Shown: one piece after another, positions 1 to 9,184 of the stretch
Layout of the letters: the number at the start of each line of letters is the position of its first letter
How positions within the stretch are numbered: the stretch's first letter is position 1
NCBI GenBank assembly: GCA_044229975.1
Contig: JBGARZ010000002.1
Span: 32,001 to 96,000 of the forward strand
DNA length: 64,000 nt
Reading direction: 5' to 3'
Origin: Polyangiales bacterium
GTDB taxonomy: Bacteria > Myxococcota_A > Polyangia > Polyangiales > Ga0077539
Notes under the pieces: generated by a model
The model's input: only the letters and a program-made list of their open reading frames with translations
Database searches by the model: none
What the model was told of the DNA's origin: nothing
Translations under genes and position numbers: made by a program

Positions 1-143
1 TCCATGTGCGGTGCGGGGGTCTAGCGTTGGTAGCGAGCCGCTGTAAATACCGGCGCCCGAAACCCGTGCGCGTCGGCGGGGGCCCATGGTAGAGCCACGA
101 CCTCTGCCGATCGGGCCCGCGGCCGCCGCTTCTCCTCCCGCCG

Positions 144-1001
144 ATGTCTACGCCCAGCGAAGCGATTGCAGTCGACAACCACCTCCGGCGCGACCGGTGC
201 CCGCTCTGCGGCGCCGCCGTCGAATCTGCCGGGGTGATGCGCCTGCCGCCCGCCATCCCGTTTTCGTCGCACTGGATCTCGCCGCAGCGCCCGCCTGAGC
301 TCTGGCGCTGCGTCGCGTGCGGCTCGGCGTTCACGCAGTATGCGATTCCCGAAGACGTCGCGATGGGCCTCTATGGCTCGGGTGATGGCGGAGCGCGCTG
401 GGGCACCGACCAGCCCTTCACCAAGACCCACACGCGCGAGACGCTCGCGGCGCTTCAGCGCATCGTGCGCCCGGGAATGCGGGTGCTCGACGTGGGTTGC
501 AACACGGGTGACCTCCTCGACTACGCGCGCGGGCTCGGCGCCGTGACGGCCGGGGTCGAGCCCTCCGATGCGAGTCGCAAGGTCGCGGCCGACAAGGGCC
601 ATCGCATGGTCGCGTCGCTCGCCGAGGCCGTCGGCCCCTTCGACGTGGTGACGGCCTTCGACGTCGTCGAGCACCTCTACGAGCTGCCCACGATGCTCGA
701 CCAGATCGCGTCGCTGCTCCCGTCGGGCGGACGATTGATCGCGCTCACGGGTGACATCACCTGCCGCGCCTCGAAGAACGCGGGCGCGGGCTGGTGGTAT
801 GTGCAGTGCCCCGAGCACGTCATCTTCCCCACGCTCACGGCGCTCGGCGGAATGAAGGGCTGGAGCGTCGAAGAGTCCGTCACGACCTTCGCCGCCACGA
901 GTCACGAGCCGCGGCTGTTTCGCCGCTTGTTGATGGGTCTCACGGGCCGCTCCCGCGCCGACCTCCATGACCACATCCTCGTCGTAATGAAGAAGGGCTG
1001 A
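144..1001 (+). CDS. Class I SAM-dependent methyltransferase with N-terminal CxxC...CxxC zinc ribbon
   Basis: CPLCG...CVACG at the N-terminus; motif I VLDVGCNTG; FDVVTAFDVVEH. Confidence 0.85.
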   Translation: MSTPSEAIAVDNHLRRDRCPLCGAAVESAGVMRLPPAIPFSSHWISPQRPPELWRCVACGSAFTQYAIPEDVAMGLYGSGDGGARWGTDQPFTKTHTRETLAALQRIVRPGMRVLDVGCNTGDLLDYARGLGAVTAGVEPSDASRKVAADKGHRMVASLAEAVGPFDVVTAFDVVEHLYELPTMLDQIASLLPSGGRLIALTGDITCRASKNAGAGWWYVQCPEHVIFPTLTALGGMKGWSVEESVTTFAATSHEPRLFRRLLMGLTGRSRADLHDHILVVMKKG

Positions 1002-1010
1002 GAGTCTCCG

Positions 1011-1727
1011 ATGCTCGACCGATTGATCGAACGGGTGGGCCTGCGCCGGGTGGTGGACGAGACCCGAGAGCGCCTCGGCATCGACCTCCGACCGCACGAG
1101 CGCTGGCTCCGGCAGATGGGGTTCCGCACCGTCTTCGACGTCGGCGCCAACACCGGGCAGTTCGTGGGCGAGGCCCGCAAGATCGCGCCCGACGCGTTCA
1201 TCTACTCCTTCGAGCCGCTGGGCGCGTGCTTCGAGGCGCTGCGCGATGCGCGCCGTGATGACCCGCGGTTTCGCGCCTTCCACGTCGCCCTCGGCGACGA
1301 GCCCGGCGAAGTGACGATGCACCGCAACGACTACTCGCAGTCGTCGTCGCTCCTGCCGATGGCCGAACTCCACAAGCGGGCCTTCCCCGAGACGCGGCAC
1401 AGCACCCCGGAGACCGTGCAGGTGAAGCGCCTCGACGACATCGTCGCCGACCTCACCATCGAGCGCCCCGCGCTCCTGAAGATCGACGTGCAGGGCTTCG
1501 AGGCGAAGGTCATCGCGGGCGCGACAGAGACGCTGAAGCTCGCCGACGTCATCATCGTGGAGACCGGCGTCGAGGCGCTCTACGAGGGGCAGGCGCTCTT
1601 CGACGACGTGTACCGCATGCTCTACGACCGGGGCTTCCGCTACCGCGGCAACCACAACCAGCTCCTCTCGCCCGACGACGGGCGGGTGCTCCAGGCCGAC
1701 GCGTTCTTCACCCCGGTCGGAGTTTGA
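1011..1727 (+). CDS. FkbM-family methyltransferase
   Basis: FDVGANTG, SFEP and LLKIDVQGFE motifs. Confidence 0.9.
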   Translation: MLDRLIERVGLRRVVDETRERLGIDLRPHERWLRQMGFRTVFDVGANTGQFVGEARKIAPDAFIYSFEPLGACFEALRDARRDDPRFRAFHVALGDEPGEVTMHRNDYSQSSSLLPMAELHKRAFPETRHSTPETVQVKRLDDIVADLTIERPALLKIDVQGFEAKVIAGATETLKLADVIIVETGVEALYEGQALFDDVYRMLYDRGFRYRGNHNQLLSPDDGRVLQADAFFTPVGV

Positions 1728-1743
1728 GTCGACGGCGCCGCGC

Positions 1744-2952
1744 GTGAACGTCGTCGTCGTCGGTGACGAGCTCGCCTTCCCGCGCGGCTTCGCGTCGAGC
1801 AGCTACGTCCGCCTCTTCGCGCGGGCGCTGGTCACCGCGGGCGCAGGCGCTCACGTCGTGGCGCTCGACTACTCCGAGCGCGCGACGCCGCCGCTCAACA
1901 CCGAGGCCCGCGGCTCCGTCGACGGTGTCACCTTCGAGTACACGACCGGCTCCCCCACGCTCCCCACCTTCCCGCTCGCCATCCCGCTCGGCCGCGCCCG
2001 CTCGCACGCGCGCTTCCTCGCCGACATGCTCGCTCGCGCCCGCGCCGGTGCGGTCGACGCGATCCTCTACTACGGCCGCTCGTCGAGTGAGCTCCTCCAG
2101 TGCCTGGCCGTCGCGCGCGCCGCGGGCGTCGCCTACGGGGCCATCATCGTCGAGTGGCGCCTTGCCTACCGCGACCAGACGCCTGCCCAGGTCGCCAACG
2201 ACCACGCCTTCGTCCGCGCGCTGCGCCTCGTCGACGGCGCCGCGGTCATCTCGCGCTTCCTCGTCGACCGCGTGACGCCGCTGCTCCCACCGGGCGCGCC
2301 GGTGCTGCGATTGCCGATCCTCGCCGAGCCCTCGGCGTGGAAGGCCGCGACGCCTGCGGTGCGCCCGAAGCCCTACGCAGTCCTGTGTACGGACTTCGAC
2401 TCGTACCCCGACGACGCGGTGTCCGTGGTGCGCGCCGCGGCCTCGCTCGCTCCGCGTTCGCTGGAGCTGCTCTTCATCGGCAAGGCGTCGGCCACGACCC
2501 GCCAACGCTTGCTGGACGAGGCTCGCGCGCTCCCGTCGGGCGTGTCGCTCACGCTGCTCAACGACTTCGTCCCAGAGCCCGAGCTGCGGGCGTATTACGC
2601 CGGCGCGGCGGCGTTGGTGGCTCCGCTGCCAGACGACGATCGCTCGCGGGCGCGCTTCCCAAGCAAGCTCGCGGAGTACCTGCTCTCGGGGCGGCCGGTG
2701 GTGTCGTCGATGGTCGGCGAGGTGGCGGAGTTTCTATGCGACGGCGAGAGCGCGTTTCTTGGCGCGGCGGGCGACGCGGCGGACTTCGCGCGGGCGTTGC
2801 AGCGGGCGCTCGATCACCCCGAAGCGGACGCGATCGGTGAGCGGGGCAGAGGCGTCGCGTTGGAGCGCTTCGACCACGAGCGCCTCGGCCCGCAGATCGT
2901 CGCCTTCGTCGCGCAGCTCGTCGCGCAGCTCGTCGCGCAGAGGGCCCGTTGA
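1744..2952 (+). CDS. Glycosyltransferase family 4 (GT-B)
   Basis: FPSKLAEYLLSGRPVVSSMVG C-terminal GT4 motif. Confidence 0.85.
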   Translation: MNVVVVGDELAFPRGFASSSYVRLFARALVTAGAGAHVVALDYSERATPPLNTEARGSVDGVTFEYTTGSPTLPTFPLAIPLGRARSHARFLADMLARARAGAVDAILYYGRSSSELLQCLAVARAAGVAYGAIIVEWRLAYRDQTPAQVANDHAFVRALRLVDGAAVISRFLVDRVTPLLPPGAPVLRLPILAEPSAWKAATPAVRPKPYAVLCTDFDSYPDDAVSVVRAAASLAPRSLELLFIGKASATTRQRLLDEARALPSGVSLTLLNDFVPEPELRAYYAGAAALVAPLPDDDRSRARFPSKLAEYLLSGRPVVSSMVGEVAEFLCDGESAFLGAAGDAADFARALQRALDHPEADAIGERGRGVALERFDHERLGPQIVAFVAQLVAQLVAQRAR

Positions 2953-4463
2953 GCGAGGACGAGAGTACGGCGGGGCGTGAGGCGCGCGGCATCGGGGTCA
3001 ATTTCCTCACGCTGCTCGCCCAGGCGTCGCTGCCGGCCTTCTACATGGTGCTCACCAACGGGCTCGGCCCCAGCGCCTTCGGCCTCTACGCGAGCGCGGG
3101 CTCCATCGTCGATCCGCTCTCGGGCATCACGATGTTCGGGATGGACCTCGCCCTCAGCCGGCGAGCGAGCGTCGCGCACGCCGAGGGCGACCCCGACCGC
3201 GCCTCGGCCGCGACCGCGGGCGCCCTGCGGGTGGTGTTCACCACGGGCGCGCTCGTGACGCTCACGCTGGTGTTCGGGGCGGATCTCATCGCCGCCCTGT
3301 GGCGCAAGCCGGGGCTGACGGGGCCGCTGCGCGCCTACGCGGCCATGCCCATCGGCTACCACCTTGCCTCCATCTTCATCGTCGCAACCCAGGCGAAGAT
3401 GGTGATGAGGTACGACTTCTGGGCGCGCGGACTCTTCCAGCCGCTCGCGCTCCTGGCGCTCACGACGCTCACGCTGTTGCTGGGATGGGGTGCTACCGGC
3501 GCGGCCGGCGCGGTCACCGTGGGCATGACGTTGACCGCCCTGCTCGCCGCGTACTTCTACTCGCGGGAGTATCCGCTCGGTCGCACGCTGCGGGCGGCGG
3601 TGCGTGAGCCCATCGACTGGGGCCTCGTCCGGATGGGCGCCCCCATGGTGGTGCTCGGCCTCGTCTGGAACCTCCAGGGCGCCGTCGATCTGTGGGCGCT
3701 CGCGCACTACCGCGACACGGCCTCCATCGGCGCCTACAAGGGCGCGCTCATCTGGGTCATCAGCTTGAGTCAGGTGCGCGGCACCTTCGCGCCGGTCATC
3801 TCGGCGACCCTCCCGCCGTTGTTGGCGCGCGGCGACACCGCCGCGATCGGCAGCTTCATCCAGCGGCAGAACCGCTGGGTCGCCATCATCGCCATGCCGC
3901 TGTGCGTGCTCTTCGCCGGCTTCGGCGAAGGGCTCCTCGCGCTCTACGGCACGGGCTTCCGCGCCGGGACGGGTGCGCTGGCGATCCTCGCGCTGGGCAA
4001 CCTCTGCGGGGCGCTCGCGGTCCCCGGGTACGTCCTGCTGCTGGGCGGCCACACGCGGTACAGCACCGTGGCCGGCGCCTCGTGCCTGGCCTTCCAGGTC
4101 GCATCGCTTCCCCTCCTCGTGCCGCGATACGGGATGGTGGGTGCCGCGCTCTCCTCGGCGCTCGGCATGCTGCTCGGGCAGGTCGTCCAGCAGGGCTTCA
4201 CCTGGCGGGTCGCGCGCGTCCACGGCTTCTCCTGGGGGCTCGCCAAGGTCGCGATCGCCGCGCTCTCCGGACTCGCACTCGGCCGCCTCGTCTTCACGGC
4301 GCTGCCGCCCGACATCAAGGTGCGCTTCTTCGGTGGGGTCGGCGTTGCAGCGCTCGTGTACCTCGTCGTGCTCGTGGCCCTCGGGCTCACCGACGAGGAG
4401 CGCGCGATGTTCGCCGCGGGCCTCGCTCGCATCCGCGAGTGGCGCTCACGCCGCCGGGGCTGA
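2949..4463 (+). CDS. Oligosaccharide flippase (Wzx-like)
   Basis: Many hydrophobic helices; LGPSAFGLY and LVPRYGMVGAA motifs; TTG start overlaps the upstream stop. Confidence 0.85.
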   Translation: MSEDESTAGREARGIGVNFLTLLAQASLPAFYMVLTNGLGPSAFGLYASAGSIVDPLSGITMFGMDLALSRRASVAHAEGDPDRASAATAGALRVVFTTGALVTLTLVFGADLIAALWRKPGLTGPLRAYAAMPIGYHLASIFIVATQAKMVMRYDFWARGLFQPLALLALTTLTLLLGWGATGAAGAVTVGMTLTALLAAYFYSREYPLGRTLRAAVREPIDWGLVRMGAPMVVLGLVWNLQGAVDLWALAHYRDTASIGAYKGALIWVISLSQVRGTFAPVISATLPPLLARGDTAAIGSFIQRQNRWVAIIAMPLCVLFAGFGEGLLALYGTGFRAGTGALAILALGNLCGALAVPGYVLLLGGHTRYSTVAGASCLAFQVASLPLLVPRYGMVGAALSSALGMLLGQVVQQGFTWRVARVHGFSWGLAKVAIAALSGLALGRLVFTALPPDIKVRFFGGVGVAALVYLVVLVALGLTDEERAMFAAGLARIREWRSRRRG

Positions 4464-5303
4464 CCGCAGCCGCCGGAGCGCCGCGGCCGCGTAGCCCTGG
4501 GCCGACTTCGCGAGCGCCTTCGCCGACCGACGCAGATCACCCGACGCGAGAAACTGCGTCGCCGCCGCCGACATCACGTCGCCGTACTGGCGCGGGCTCC
4601 ATCGCCGCAGCTTGTCGAGGTAGTCCGTCGCCTCCTCGGTGAGCACCACGAACGACCGATACTGCCGCGGGTTGGCGCTGAACAGCTTGGTCCGCGTGAG
4701 CTGGTCGGCGCCGTCGGTGTAGTAGATGCGCAAACCCTGGTGGATGTAGTACCAGCGCGCGTTTTCGTGGATGCGTGTCCAGAGCACCGACTCCCGGCCC
4801 GCGAGCCGTTCGTCGAAGCGGTGCTTGCCCAGGATGCGCGTGTGGAACATCCCCCAGAACTCCCCCCGCGTGTCCGAGAGCCAGCCTTCGAGGGTGATGT
4901 ACTGGTCCCGCTCCCACCCGTGGCCGGAGAAGCGGCCGGTGCTCGAATCGACGCAGTTGCAGGAGATGGCATCGAGCGTCGGGTCGACGTCGCGCAGCAC
5001 CCGCATCATCGTCGAAAGTGCCTCGGGCGCGAGCGCGTCGTCGCTGTCGAGCGCCGCGATCCACTCGCCGCGGCAATGGTCGAAGCCGGTGTTCTTGGCG
5101 GCTGTCACGCCGCGGTTGACGTCGTGGGAGACCAGTCGGATGCGCGGGTCGGTGTAGCGGGCGACCACCGCGCGCGTGTCGTCCGACGAGCCGTCGTCGA
5201 CGATCACCACCTCCCAGTCCTGCCAGTCCTGCGCGAGCACGCTGTCCAGCGCCCGCGGCAGCGTGTGCGCCCGGTTGAACGCCGCCATCACCAGCGAGAT
5301 CAC
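4446..5303 (-). CDS. Glycosyltransferase family 2
   Basis: ISLVMAAFN, VIVDDGSSD, ALDSDD. GTG start overlaps the upstream gene's TGA (GTGA); the longer N-terminus in the ORF track is spurious. Confidence 0.9.
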   Translation of the reverse strand: MISLVMAAFNRAHTLPRALDSVLAQDWQDWEVVIVDDGSSDDTRAVVARYTDPRIRLVSHDVNRGVTAAKNTGFDHCRGEWIAALDSDDALAPEALSTMMRVLRDVDPTLDAISCNCVDSSTGRFSGHGWERDQYITLEGWLSDTRGEFWGMFHTRILGKHRFDERLAGRESVLWTRIHENARWYYIHQGLRIYYTDGADQLTRTKLFSANPRQYRSFVVLTEEATDYLDKLRRWSPRQYGDVMSAAATQFLASGDLRRSAKALAKSAQGYAAAALRRLRSAPAA

Positions 5304-6442
5304 GACGCCGCGAGCCCCGGCTCGCCGAGCACCCGCGCGTAGACCTCCACCGTGCGCGCGACCATCCGCCGCACCGCGAAACGCTCCTTCGCGGCGTCGT
5401 AGGCGCGGGCGCCCATCTCGACGCGCTGCTCGTGCGACAGCGCGAGGTAGCGGGCGATGGCGCGAACGATGTCCGACGGTTCGGTGCCGCCGCAGACGAG
5501 GCCCGTCACGCCATCTTCGACGAGGGCGTCGGTGTTGGCGGCGGGCGACACGATGGGCGCCGTGGCGCAGCTCATGGACTCGATGACCGCGTTGGGCAGG
5601 CCCTCGTAGTGCGAGGGCAAGAGCACCCCATCGGCCGCCGCGACGAGCTTCTCGATGGGCTTCACCACACCGACGAGGCGCAGCGCATCGCCGAGCTTTG
5701 CACCGTCGGCGAGGCGCCGGACGTACTCGCCGTGCAGGGGAGGGGAGCCGCGACCCGCGAAGAGCACCGTGAGCTCGGGCGGGAGCGTCCCGGCGCGCTT
5801 CATGGTCTCCAGCGCGCGAACGATGGCGACCTGGTTCTTCTGCGCGGAGAGGCGGCCGGGGACGATGAGCGCCGTGCGGCCCTCGAGCTTCCACTCGCTC
5901 CGAACACGAGCGCGCTCGCCCTCGTCGATGGGCCGGAAGCGCTCCTGATCGACGCCGTTTTCGATCACGTCGATGTTGGCGAGCGGAATGCCCGCGCGTG
6001 TGTGGAGCTCGTCGCGGATGCCCACCGAGTTGCAGATGAGCGCGTCGACCATCGACTGCGTGGTGCGCTCGTAGAACACGTCGCGCCGCGGCATCTGCGT
6101 GCAGCGCACCGAGCCCACCACCTTGCCGATGCCGGTGTAGCGACCGGCGAGGCGCGCGAAGAGGTTTTCGTAGCCCATGTACGAGTGGATGATGTCGGGC
6201 CGCTCGCGCCGCACCACGCGCACCAGCCGCGCGAAGGAGGCGGGCGAGGGGCCGAGCGTCGCGTCGAGGAAGTACGGCTCGCCACACGGGAGCGAGTACC
6301 CGAGGTCATCGGTGCGGTTGCAGAGCACCAGCCGCGTCTCGAAGCGATCGGGGTCGAGCCCCCGCATCAGCTCCATCATCTGCCGCTCGGCGCCCCCTTG
6401 ATTGAGCGACGAAATGAAGAAGAGAACCTTCCGACGCGGCAT
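5300..6442 (-). CDS. Glycosyltransferase family 4
   Basis: ISSLNQGGAERQ and LPSHYEGLPNAVIES motifs; start re-called at MPRRKVLFF. Confidence 0.9.
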   Translation of the reverse strand: MPRRKVLFFISSLNQGGAERQMMELMRGLDPDRFETRLVLCNRTDDLGYSLPCGEPYFLDATLGPSPASFARLVRVVRRERPDIIHSYMGYENLFARLAGRYTGIGKVVGSVRCTQMPRRDVFYERTTQSMVDALICNSVGIRDELHTRAGIPLANIDVIENGVDQERFRPIDEGERARVRSEWKLEGRTALIVPGRLSAQKNQVAIVRALETMKRAGTLPPELTVLFAGRGSPPLHGEYVRRLADGAKLGDALRLVGVVKPIEKLVAAADGVLLPSHYEGLPNAVIESMSCATAPIVSPAANTDALVEDGVTGLVCGGTEPSDIVRAIARYLALSHEQRVEMGARAYDAAKERFAVRRMVARTVEVYARVLGEPGLAAS

Positions 6443-6506
6443 CGGCGGGCGTATAGCACCCCCCGTTCTGAGGCGGCAAGGCGCACGCCCCGCCCGGAAA
6501 ACCAGC

Positions 6507-8231
6507 ATGAAGGCACTGCTTCGACGACTGCGCGCGATCGACCCGCGCGACCCCTTCACCTGGGTCGTCGCGCTCTTCGTGGTGGCCGTTGTCGCAGGCA
6601 GTCACTGGGACATTCCGTGCACCGACGCGTGGCACAACGACGCGCTCTCGCCGCGGCCCTGCGGCCTCGGCGCCGTGACCGAGACCTGGGTGCCGGGGCA
6701 CTTCTTCCGCTACCCGCCGCTCCAGACGCTGCTGCTCACGGTGCTCTCGCTGCCGTTCATCGTGGCGGGCGTGATCAACGCTCCGTCGGGTGGCCTCGAC
6801 TCGCTCCGCACCGAGCTCATCGAGCCGCGGTACATGACCGGCATCGAGGTCGTCGCGCGTGTCGTCACGCTGCTGATGGCCATCGGCGTGCTGGTCCACG
6901 TGCGCCGTCTCATCGGACGCGTGTGGGGCGATCGCGCGGGCACCATCGCCGCTCTGCTCACTGCCCTCGATCCGGTGTTCGTGTACTTCGCGCACAGCGG
7001 CAACAGCGACATCCCGTGCCTCTTCTGGGTCACCCGCGGCCTCGTCGAGCTCGACCGCGTCATGGCCGGTGAGTCGCGCGAGCGCCACGCCCTCCTCTGC
7101 GCGATGGCCGCCGCCCTCACCAAGGACCAGTCCGCCCCGCTCTTCTTCCTCGCCGCCCCGTGGGCGCTGGTCGTCGTTCCGCTGCTGCATCGGGGCGAGC
7201 GATCGGTGCGCGAGGTGCTGCTGCGTCCCGCGCTGTGGCGCTCGTTGGCGCTCGCGCTCGGCGGGTACCTCCTCATCGCCGGCGCCATCACCAACCCCGT
7301 CGGCTGGACGCGCCGCCTCGCCTGGATCACCGGCCCCGCCAACGCCGACTGGGTCGTCGCGGGTAGGAACCTCATCGGGATCGTCGATCTCTCCAAGGAG
7401 GTCATTCGTTCGGCGCCGCTCTTCGCATCGCGCGGCGTCGCGCTCCTCGCGCTCGTCGGCATCGGCCTCGCGCTCGCCGGGGCGCGCGGCGTGTCGCGTG
7501 TGCGCGCGGCGTTCCCGGCGCTCGCTGCGTTCTCCTACCTGGTGTTCTTCGTCTTCCCGTCGCGGTGGACGATGGAGCGCCACCTGATGCCGCTGGCCAT
7601 CCTCTTCTTCGCGTACGCGGGCGCTTCCATCGGCGCCCTCCTCGACGCTCTCCCCGCTCGCACCCGCGTGCTCGTCGCGGCGCTCGCGGCGCTCGGTCTG
7701 ATCCCCCAGCTCGTCGACGTCGCGTCCATCGACGCCACGCTTGCGGTCGATTCCCGCCACGCCGCCCAGCGCTTCCTCGCCGCCCTCCCGCGCGGAACCA
7801 CCCTGGAGATCTATGGCGGCAACCAGTACCTCCCCAACCTCCCGCGGCACCTGCGCGTGACCCGCATCGGCCCCGAGCCCGACGCCGAGCGCAGCCCCTT
7901 GCCCGGCGTCACCGAAGGCCACGCTCCCTTCCGCGACGTGGGGAGTCGCGCGCCCGACTACGCCCTCGTCGGCGAAGACTTCGCCAGCTACTACCTCCCC
8001 ACCAACGTCCCCCAGGCGCCCCACAACGCGCGCTTGCAGCAAGACCCCGACGGTCGCGCCCTCATGATGGGTCTGCGCAACGAGTCGCTCGGCTACCGCT
8101 GGGCGCTGCGCTCACGCTGCGAGCTGCCGTGGCCTCTGCGCTGCGTCCGCCTGCACCGATCGACCGGCGCCGAGACGTGGATCTTCCGCCGTGCGCCCAC
8201 TCCCGCTAGCGTCGCCGCCCCGACCCCATGA
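6507..8231 (+). CDS. Polytopic membrane protein, probable GT-C (ArnT/PMT-like) glycosyltransferase
   Basis: Multiple TM segments; RYPPL, VYFAHSGNSD, ALTKD and ERHLMP patterns typical of GT39/83-like proteins; start re-called at MKALLRR. Confidence 0.65.
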   Translation: MKALLRRLRAIDPRDPFTWVVALFVVAVVAGSHWDIPCTDAWHNDALSPRPCGLGAVTETWVPGHFFRYPPLQTLLLTVLSLPFIVAGVINAPSGGLDSLRTELIEPRYMTGIEVVARVVTLLMAIGVLVHVRRLIGRVWGDRAGTIAALLTALDPVFVYFAHSGNSDIPCLFWVTRGLVELDRVMAGESRERHALLCAMAAALTKDQSAPLFFLAAPWALVVVPLLHRGERSVREVLLRPALWRSLALALGGYLLIAGAITNPVGWTRRLAWITGPANADWVVAGRNLIGIVDLSKEVIRSAPLFASRGVALLALVGIGLALAGARGVSRVRAAFPALAAFSYLVFFVFPSRWTMERHLMPLAILFFAYAGASIGALLDALPARTRVLVAALAALGLIPQLVDVASIDATLAVDSRHAAQRFLAALPRGTTLEIYGGNQYLPNLPRHLRVTRIGPEPDAERSPLPGVTEGHAPFRDVGSRAPDYALVGEDFASYYLPTNVPQAPHNARLQQDPDGRALMMGLRNESLGYRWALRSRCELPWPLRCVRLHRSTGAETWIFRRAPTPASVAAPTP

Positions 8232-9178
8232 GCCACCCCTACCTCGTTCGCCGCGACCGATGCCCGGCGTGCACCAGCGATCAGCACAAGACGCTCTTCG
8301 AGTGCGGGCTCACCGCGTCGCCCATCCGCGAGCACCTCGTCTCCCTCTACGAGCCGCAGGGAATGATCGAGCTCCAGTACCTGGAGGGCGGTGACTTCCG
8401 CCTTCAGGAGTGCCTCGTGTGCGGGCTGCTCTACCACCAGGACGTCCCCGGCGACGCCCTGATGGAGCGCCTCTACGAGCACTGGATCGACCCCGTCCGC
8501 GCCCAGGCGCAGCACGACGCCCACGTCACGATGGACACGCGGATGATGTTCATCCGGGAGATCGTGTTGGCAATGGAGGTGGTCGAGCGACCGTCGCCGA
8601 AGCTGCGCGCCTTCGACTTCGGCATGGGCTGGGGCGACTGGTGCCTCATGGCGCGGGCCTTCGGCTGTGAGGTCTCGGGCAACGAGCGCTCACCCAGCCG
8701 ACTCGCGCGCGCGAAGGCCAACGGCATCGAGGTGGTTCCGTGGGAGGACATCCCCGCGCGCAGCTTCGACCTCATCAACTGCGACCAGGTGTTGGAGCAC
8801 GTCGTCGATCCCCTCGACACGCTCACCTACGTCGCGAAGGCGCTCGCGCCCGGCGGGCTCTTGAAGGTCAGCGTGCCCAACGGCGCGGACATCCACCAGC
8901 GGCTCGCGCGCGCCAACTGGATGGCGCCCGAAGGGTCGGCCGACTCGCTGCTGTCGGTGACGCCGCTCCAGCACATCAACTGCTTCCGGCACGACTCGCT
9001 CGTGGCAATGGCGCGTCGCGCGGGGCTGCGTCCCGCGGAGATTCCGATCGCCAAGCAGATGGCCAGCACGGTCGACCGCTTCACGCCGTCGCAGCTCCTC
9101 AACGGGCTCACCCGACCGCTCGGCCGACGCCTCCTCACGCGCGACACCTACCTCTTCCTCGAACACGCGAAGGACTGA
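8228..9178 (+). CDS. Class I SAM-dependent methyltransferase with N-terminal zinc ribbon
   Basis: CPAC...CLVCG; FDFGMGWG; FDLINCDQVLEH; ATGA overlap with the upstream gene. Confidence 0.85.
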   Translation: MSHPYLVRRDRCPACTSDQHKTLFECGLTASPIREHLVSLYEPQGMIELQYLEGGDFRLQECLVCGLLYHQDVPGDALMERLYEHWIDPVRAQAQHDAHVTMDTRMMFIREIVLAMEVVERPSPKLRAFDFGMGWGDWCLMARAFGCEVSGNERSPSRLARAKANGIEVVPWEDIPARSFDLINCDQVLEHVVDPLDTLTYVAKALAPGGLLKVSVPNGADIHQRLARANWMAPEGSADSLLSVTPLQHINCFRHDSLVAMARRAGLRPAEIPIAKQMASTVDRFTPSQLLNGLTRPLGRRLLTRDTYLFLEHAKD

Positions 9179-9184
9179 CGCGCC

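Noticed and set aside
2908..2940. Short tandem repeats (12-bp here; also 36811-36842 and 21115-21168)
   Set aside because: In-frame low-complexity coding repeats; no spacers, so not CRISPR
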